DNA of 20,306 nt from Candidatus Heimdallarchaeota archaeon (GTDB taxonomy: Archaea; Asgardarchaeota; Heimdallarchaeia; Heimdallarchaeales; Kariarchaeaceae), in assembly GCA_015523565.1 (NCBI GenBank), contig WAKA01000025.1:1-20306 (forward strand), read 5' to 3'. Below the pieces are notes generated by a model. The model saw only the letters and a list, made by a program, of their open reading frames with translations. It was not told the DNA's origin and did not search any database. Made by a program: the position numbers and the translations under genes. Below, one piece after another: positions 14,992-20,306 of this stretch; position 1 is the first letter of the stretch; each line of letters opens with the position of its first letter.

Positions 14992-15936
14992 TTGGAACAC
15001 CAGATTGTGAGCAGAAACGTAATAATAATGTATAATAAAAATGCAAGGGCAGGGAAAAGCAGGAAAAACGCGGAAATTGCAAAAAAACGCCTATTTGATG
15101 CAGGATATGATACACGGTTTGAACAAACAACGTCCATTAATGAAGCGTTGTCAATGATACAAGAGGCCAAACAAGACGGTTACTCTGAACTCTTGGCAAT
15201 AGGGGGAGACGGTACAATGCACCACTTGGCAAACGCGGCAATTGAAAACAATATGAAACTTGGACTGATCCCTTCAGGAAGTGGCAATGATTTTGCCAAT
15301 GCCCTTAACATTCCTAAAAATGCAGAAAAAGCAGTTGATTCCTTCATCGAGGGGGCGTATAAAAAAATCAATGCATTGGAAGTGTCAACATCCCAAGAAA
15401 AATATTATTCCGTAAATATCACAGATGTGGGATGGGGAGCAAAGGTTGTGAAAACCAGTGAAAAACACCTGAAATGGTTGCCAGGACTTATCAAATACAA
15501 TTTGCTTGCACTTTGGGAATTCCTTTGGTACAAGCCAAGAAATTTGACATTGGTTATGGATGGAAAAGAGGAAACATTTCATGCCAGAATAGTTGCCGCA
15601 GGTTTGGGACAGACATTTGGGTCAGGGATGCGTATTTTGCCCGATGCCCGATTTTGCCATGAAAAGATGCAGATTGCTGTTTTGTATAATGCAAATAGGT
15701 TTCAAACATTGAAGGCATTGACTAAGGTTCCCAAAGCAAAACATGTGGGATTGCCCTATATAAAAATCATGGAAAGCAAAGAAGTAACCATAAAGGCAGA
15801 ACGCCCTACACTTGTTGAATCCGAAGGAGAACTCCATGGAACCACTCCAATAACACTTAGGGTCGTCAAAGACATTCTAGAAGTGGTCGTGCCAAAAGAT
15901 TATTCCCTTGAAAAACCGACTCTTTATGCACGATGA
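14992..15936 (+). CDS. Diacylglycerol-kinase family lipid kinase (YegS/BmrU/DAGK_cat)
   Basis: YNKNARAG, GGDGTMH, IPSGSGNDFA, FGSGMRILPDA and ESEGE motifs. Confidence 0.93.
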   Translation: MEHQIVSRNVIIMYNKNARAGKSRKNAEIAKKRLFDAGYDTRFEQTTSINEALSMIQEAKQDGYSELLAIGGDGTMHHLANAAIENNMKLGLIPSGSGNDFANALNIPKNAEKAVDSFIEGAYKKINALEVSTSQEKYYSVNITDVGWGAKVVKTSEKHLKWLPGLIKYNLLALWEFLWYKPRNLTLVMDGKEETFHARIVAAGLGQTFGSGMRILPDARFCHEKMQIAVLYNANRFQTLKALTKVPKAKHVGLPYIKIMESKEVTIKAERPTLVESEGELHGTTPITLRVVKDILEVVVPKDYSLEKPTLYAR

Positions 15937-15968
15937 TTATTGCAGATAATTCACACTATACGAGAAAA

Positions 15969-16682
15969 TTAACCTGTGGTAGAAACGGACATGACTGCAT
16001 CATAAAATTCAGTGACAGCCTCAAAGAAATAATCCGTGAACACTATTTCAGGAATGTGGGTACCATCCACATCGGGTCTCTCAAAGATCCTGTACTTTGA
16101 AAACGTATTGAAAGAAGCAGGAGAACCAACGGAGAACAGTTTTGCGTGGGCAAGGGAAGAGACAATGTAACTAAAGTTTGAAATGTTGACAACGGGATCC
16201 TTGGAATCCCAAAAGCAATAAACAGGATTTTTCCATCCTGTCAGAACAGATATTATCTCACTGCTGACAGCAGGGGCAATGAGGAAAAGACCATTGACAC
16301 GATGTTGAAGCTCGTCTGCCAACCTTAAGGCAAGATATCCGCCATATGACCTTCCAAAAATCACAAGTGAACCAATTGCATGTGTAGTCTGGATTTCAAG
16401 GAGCAATTCCAAAAGGGCGATGATTTGTTTGTCAGAAGGAATCCTTTGGTTACTATCAGTAAATTCAGACTTGCCATGTCCAAGCAAATCCACATAGATT
16501 GGATTAAACATTTCTTGCAGTTTTTCTGTCAGGGGATGCCAAAATTCCGCATTTTGCAAAGTACGATGGGCACCATGGATAAAAAGAGCAGAAGGTTTAG
16601 TTTCATCAAAATGATCTAAGGTTTCATAATGGATTTGACCAACTGAAGTTTGATGAAAGTGGGATTGATAAACAACCGGCAT
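15969..16682 (-). CDS. Alpha/beta-fold hydrolase (Ser-Asp-His)
   Basis: LFIHG oxyanion motif, VDLLGHGKS, nucleophile GRSYGG, WDSKDPVV (Asp) and GTHIP (His). Confidence 0.9.
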   Translation of the reverse strand: MPVVYQSHFHQTSVGQIHYETLDHFDETKPSALFIHGAHRTLQNAEFWHPLTEKLQEMFNPIYVDLLGHGKSEFTDSNQRIPSDKQIIALLELLLEIQTTHAIGSLVIFGRSYGGYLALRLADELQHRVNGLFLIAPAVSSEIISVLTGWKNPVYCFWDSKDPVVNISNFSYIVSSLAHAKLFSVGSPASFNTFSKYRIFERPDVDGTHIPEIVFTDYFFEAVTEFYDAVMSVSTTG

Positions 16683-16740
16683 TTCGTTTTTGAATTTGAA
16701 TTCAGCTTATTTAACTTTAAGCCAAAGTCAATGGAAATTT

Positions 16741-17331
16741 CTACAGTCCCATTTTTCTTCGGGGATCAACACCGAAAATCCTGCTTAAGAGAAATGAGGT
16801 GAATATTGCACTTAAGAAATACCAAAAGCCAAATCCAGCGGCACTCAGATTGGGATCCATAACATAGGAACTAAACCAGTTGCCAATAAGCGGAAAGGAT
16901 CTTGGAATATGAAAAGGAAGAACAGCCACTATGCCACCTCGATCAGGTTCTGCATTTAATGAGGGATCGCCCATTGATTTTCTTAAGATACCAAAGAATA
17001 TAATGAAAAAGAAAGATATGACAAGTTGAGGAAGAAGCTGCTTCATGGTCATTTGCTGCTGTATTTCAACCATTCCTGCCTCATGGTATTTGACAGTGAT
17101 CCATAGTTTTGGGTCTTTTTTGCCAATTGCCTCGCTTTTTCTGTCATTGAATTCCTTTTGCATTTGTTGTAATCGTTTAATCTCTTTGCTGTTGATCAGC
17201 AAGTTGCTTACGAAACCAGAAAAATAGGTTATGAAAATAGATACAAGGACAAGAAAAATTGAGGAAAGGGGAGGTTTATGAAAATTAAGGGCATGTACTA
17301 TCTCAAAAAACCAATCGTCATACCAAGCCAT
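16741..17331 (-). CDS. EMC3/TMCO1 (DUF106) family membrane protein, Oxa1 superfamily
   Basis: TM1, then a cytosolic coiled coil (EIKRLQQMQKEFNDRKSEAIGKKD...EIQQQMTMKQLLP), TM2, a loop with LPF, and C-terminal GFWYFLSAIFTSFLLSRIFG. Start at ATG 17331 (track: 17337). Confidence 0.88.
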   Translation of the reverse strand: MAWYDDWFFEIVHALNFHKPPLSSIFLVLVSIFITYFSGFVSNLLINSKEIKRLQQMQKEFNDRKSEAIGKKDPKLWITVKYHEAGMVEIQQQMTMKQLLPQLVISFFFIIFFGILRKSMGDPSLNAEPDRGGIVAVLPFHIPRSFPLIGNWFSSYVMDPNLSAAGFGFWYFLSAIFTSFLLSRIFGVDPRRKMGL

Positions 17332-17375
17332 AATCAAAGAAAAAGAATGGAATTCATAAGTTATTGGACAGTTAC

Positions 17376-18722
17376 CTATACTGGAGAAAGAAATTTGGGA
17401 TCAACAAAAATAACAAGCAATATAAGATAAATTGCGGCAATGATAAGCCGAAGAATTGTTGCAACCCCTACAGTTTTGAAGAATTCACCCCAACCAACCT
17501 TAATTCCCTTTTCTCTTTGAAGGATTCCCAAACCAAGCACACATGGGGGGGCTCCGATAGGAGTCAGTCCCCCACCCAAGTTGGTTCCTATGATTAGAGC
17601 CCAGACCAACGGACCTGCATTCAGGCTCGAGGTGGCAGAAATGTCCGAGATGATGGGGGTCAAGGTAACAGCCAACACCACGTTGTCCAAGACGCCGCTG
17701 AAAATAGTTGAAAATATCAATAATACAATACTTGCAATAAGGTCATTTGACCCCAGAAAAATGACCAAAAAACCAGCAAGTAGCTTCAAGACACCTACAA
17801 GCTCCAAAACCTTAATCAGGATGAAAAGGGATGCAAAAAAAGTTAGAAGGGTCCAGTCAACCTTGGGAAGAACAGTTTCAAATTTCTTTCCTGAGACATA
17901 CATCATTAGGAGACCACCACCAACAGAAATGACGGCAATACTAAAGCCAATTGTATCAGAAAGAAGCAGGAAGAACATGGATATAGCAAAAACTGCAGAG
18001 GTCATATAGAATTTTGTTTTGTCATCAACTACACTCCATTCATTGAACTCACGGATTTTCTCTATTCGATGCTTTGCATCGCCACCATCATCAATCGGTA
18101 CTGCAAAATACATGAAGACCATGCTTACAATAAAAAGAATAAGAGATAAAGGACCACCAATGATCATGAAACGCATAAATGAAATCCCAAATGGGATGGC
18201 AATGATAAGATTGGTAATGGAAGAAAGCAGGGTTGTCAATCCTCCTGTATTGGTCACCACAATTTCCATTAAAATATATGGCTTGGGATTGTATCCGAGT
18301 TCTGTACATGCAACAATTGTAAGGGCACCGACAACAAGGATTGCAGGAATTGTATTGACAACGGATGAAAGTAAAAGGGTTAATGTTCCGAGAGAGAAAT
18401 AAAGCAATTTCGGGTCTCCCTTGGTTGCCTTAAGAAGTTTAATGGATATGAATTGGAAAAGACCAACTTCCGATGCAACCACAACCATAAGTAGATTTCC
18501 CAACAGAATAGCCAAAATGATATAGTCATGCCCCATTTCCTCTGCTAAAAATGTTTCTTGGTCAAATATTGAAAGAAGGCTTCCAACTACCAATGAAGTC
18601 AATGCCCCAAGTGCTGCGGCAATATTTTTGTCAAAGCTTTTTTTGATAATGAGGTAGTAAGTGCCTATAAAGATGGTCAGCATGATGAGGATGTTTAGAT
18701 AATTCAAAGATTCAGTTTCCAT
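17376..18722 (-). CDS. ArsB/NhaD (IT superfamily; SLC13/P-protein-like) permease
   Basis: 448 aa with 11-13 TM segments. Motifs LSSVVNT, TNTGGLTTLLSSITN, VDWTLLTFFASLF, SGVLDN and GTNLGGGLTPIGAPP. Confidence 0.9.
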   Translation of the reverse strand: METESLNYLNILIMLTIFIGTYYLIIKKSFDKNIAAALGALTSLVVGSLLSIFDQETFLAEEMGHDYIILAILLGNLLMVVVASEVGLFQFISIKLLKATKGDPKLLYFSLGTLTLLLSSVVNTIPAILVVGALTIVACTELGYNPKPYILMEIVVTNTGGLTTLLSSITNLIIAIPFGISFMRFMIIGGPLSLILFIVSMVFMYFAVPIDDGGDAKHRIEKIREFNEWSVVDDKTKFYMTSAVFAISMFFLLLSDTIGFSIAVISVGGGLLMMYVSGKKFETVLPKVDWTLLTFFASLFILIKVLELVGVLKLLAGFLVIFLGSNDLIASIVLLIFSTIFSGVLDNVVLAVTLTPIISDISATSSLNAGPLVWALIIGTNLGGGLTPIGAPPCVLGLGILQREKGIKVGWGEFFKTVGVATILRLIIAAIYLILLVIFVDPKFLSPV

Positions 18723-18734
18723 GAGAAAACACCC

Positions 18735-19853
18735 CTAAAAAGTCAGGAACACTGAAATTCCTTCCGTTAACAAAAACTTGCTGATGTCTGCGGTAGTTTC
18801 ATCATAGCTTCCCTCTTGGGTGAGCTTTGGGGAAAGAAAGACCAATTGGGGGTTGAATTCACGAATAATGACCATCAGATCATTCTCAATGTCTCCAAAT
18901 TCGATTCTTATGTCTGGTACCTTACCTTGGATTCTAATCCGACGAAATTGATCTTTGAGCTTCAATTCAATTTTCTTACGAAGTTCAGCTTCATTTTCTT
19001 CGGCAACTAAAGTTGCCATTTTAAGTGAGTTTAAGGGGATTAGCCCTAGAAAAGTAATCGTAACTTTGTCAGGTGAAAAAATGCTTAGCAAGGCTTGGGA
19101 GTTACGCAGAAGTACTGCTTCATCATCTCCACCTAGAATGAGGCAGACGACATTCTCCACTTTTGATAAAGGTGTAGAACCCTCAAAAAATACCCAAGCC
19201 CCATCTTCTTTGGACCTCAATATTGACTTTTCAAGCTTGCCTAAAGGAGGGGTTTCATCTCTGTTTCGCAAGAGTGGAGGTTTGCAATAAATCAGTTGAG
19301 GTTTCTTTTCTTTTATGAGATTTTGCAATTCTGTTGACAAGTTGTCTTCTCGTTCCCCATAATCATCAAGAAAGAATCCTGCAAGAGCAAGAATGTCTTT
19401 TTTCTCCAATTGGGCATTTTCCTTGTTTGCTTGCCGCAAATCACGAATTTTGTAGAGAAGCGATTTAAAGCCATCTTCTAGAAGAATCTGGCTGTTTTCC
19501 TGTTTTAATTCCTTGATTTTTTTGGAATGTTCCTGCAATGCATTGATTAAATTTCTCTCCTGTTCCGAAATTTCATCTTCCAATGCAGACAATTCAATTT
19601 TCAGCTCATCTCCATCTAGCACAACATCTTTCAACAATGTTGAAGTCAACTCATAGAGATAGACCCTGAGAACCTCTGATTTCAATATTGAGGCAAGATA
19701 ATCCATTTCACTGAATCTTTGAATATAATCATCTTTCCCATCAGTCACGACCATGCTTAACTTGATCTGGCGTTTATGCTCAACATCAAGGATAGTATCT
19801 TTTGCATGTTCCAATGAGTGTTTTAAATTGGAAAATAAGCTCTCTTCACTCAT
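18735..19853 (-). CDS. Hypothetical protein, divergent tandem universal-stress-protein (USP)-like domains with a coiled-coil insert
   Basis: Two segments show a USP-like pattern (NLIKEKKPQLIYC..P...LGKLEKSIL...WVFF and EFGDIENDLMVIIREFNPQLVFL...ISKFLLTEGISVFL). An E/K/L-rich helical insert lies at about aa 80-150. The gene ends 12 nt upstream of the permease. Confidence 0.6.
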   Translation of the reverse strand: MSEESLFSNLKHSLEHAKDTILDVEHKRQIKLSMVVTDGKDDYIQRFSEMDYLASILKSEVLRVYLYELTSTLLKDVVLDGDELKIELSALEDEISEQERNLINALQEHSKKIKELKQENSQILLEDGFKSLLYKIRDLRQANKENAQLEKKDILALAGFFLDDYGEREDNLSTELQNLIKEKKPQLIYCKPPLLRNRDETPPLGKLEKSILRSKEDGAWVFFEGSTPLSKVENVVCLILGGDDEAVLLRNSQALLSIFSPDKVTITFLGLIPLNSLKMATLVAEENEAELRKKIELKLKDQFRRIRIQGKVPDIRIEFGDIENDLMVIIREFNPQLVFLSPKLTQEGSYDETTADISKFLLTEGISVFLTF

Positions 19854-20279
19854 GTTCTATTAAACACAATTACTTCTTAAAATATTTGTACTTTTTTCTA
19901 GGTAATGTGGATAATAAATATTTGAATGTGATCTAAAAATCGACAAAGCAAATTATTTAATGAAATATTGTTGGAGATTAGAGTAATCTTAAACTTTCAC
20001 TTAAATTCATTATACACAGAAAGGAACCTTTATGTTAAATTAAGCCAATCTATATTGAGAGTGGACATAAATAATAAATAAGACAAAGAAATCTTAATAA
20101 ATCGAGGATTGACAAATAATCCGAATTTTGCACCCAAATCAAGAGAAAGGGGTACTAGATTCAACTGTTATGGAAGACTTCTTTTGTTGTGGTGTACGGG
20201 CTAACTATTCAAAAGTCTATATCCATGATAAAACTTTTTTTTATATTATATTAAATCATAGTGAAATTTAATATGATAG

Positions 20280-20306
20280 CTGTCTCTTATACACATCTCC
20301 GAGCCC
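20280..20306 (+). other. Nextera/Tn5 adapter read-through (sequencing artefact)
   Basis: CTGTCTCTTATACACATCT is the 19-bp Tn5 mosaic end (20280-20298). It is followed by CCGAGCCC, the start of the Nextera index adapter, at the extreme end of the window. Confidence 0.98.

Noticed and set aside
17364-18402. Plus-strand ORFs 17364-17597, 17581-18009 and 18019-18402
   Set aside because: They are antisense shadows of the hydrophobic permease gene and carry no motifs.
20135-20180. Possible ORB / replication origin (AAAGGGGT in the AT-rich region)
   Set aside because: There is only a single G-string without the TTCCAGTGGAAAC-like core or repeats, and no orc1/cdc6 gene in the window.
20170-20271. 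33-aa ORF MEDFFCCG...
   Set aside because: It is short, in low-complexity AT-rich sequence, and has no supporting motif.
20280-20298. Tn5/IS50 end as a real mobile element
   Set aside because: It is the engineered mosaic end followed by Nextera adapter bases at the window end, and no transposase is present.

Overview
A gene-dense, AT-rich archaeal window. It most likely comes from an Asgard (Heimdallarchaeia-like) metagenome contig. That placement is inferred from aCPSF1/FttA, an MCT-1/Tma20-type PUA protein, an EMC3/TMCO1 (DUF106) protein, stand-alone LRR and HEAT proteins, a zinc-ribbon/Yip1-like protein and a CTERM-anchored surface protein. About 21 CDS are supported, including a 51-aa 8-Cys zinc-finger gene (13536-13691) missed by the ORF track. 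I saw no rRNA, tRNA, CRISPR array or mobile element. The last 27 nt are Nextera/Tn5 adapter contamination. The strongest novelty is a SERCA-like P-type ATPase with an intact catalytic core but a rebuilt membrane binding site (TM4 PEGLP changed to PINIP; TM6 N/T/D changed to F/A/H), so it is unlikely to pump Ca2+ and may move lipids or another non-canonical substrate. Other candidates are a longin/uDENN-like-wHTH plus deviant MinD/ParA two-gene module, a stand-alone toxin-like putative RNase, an Asp-elbow Tex30-type hydrolase and a BCP peroxiredoxin lacking its peroxidatic Cys. All family calls come from reading motifs by eye; no database searches were run.
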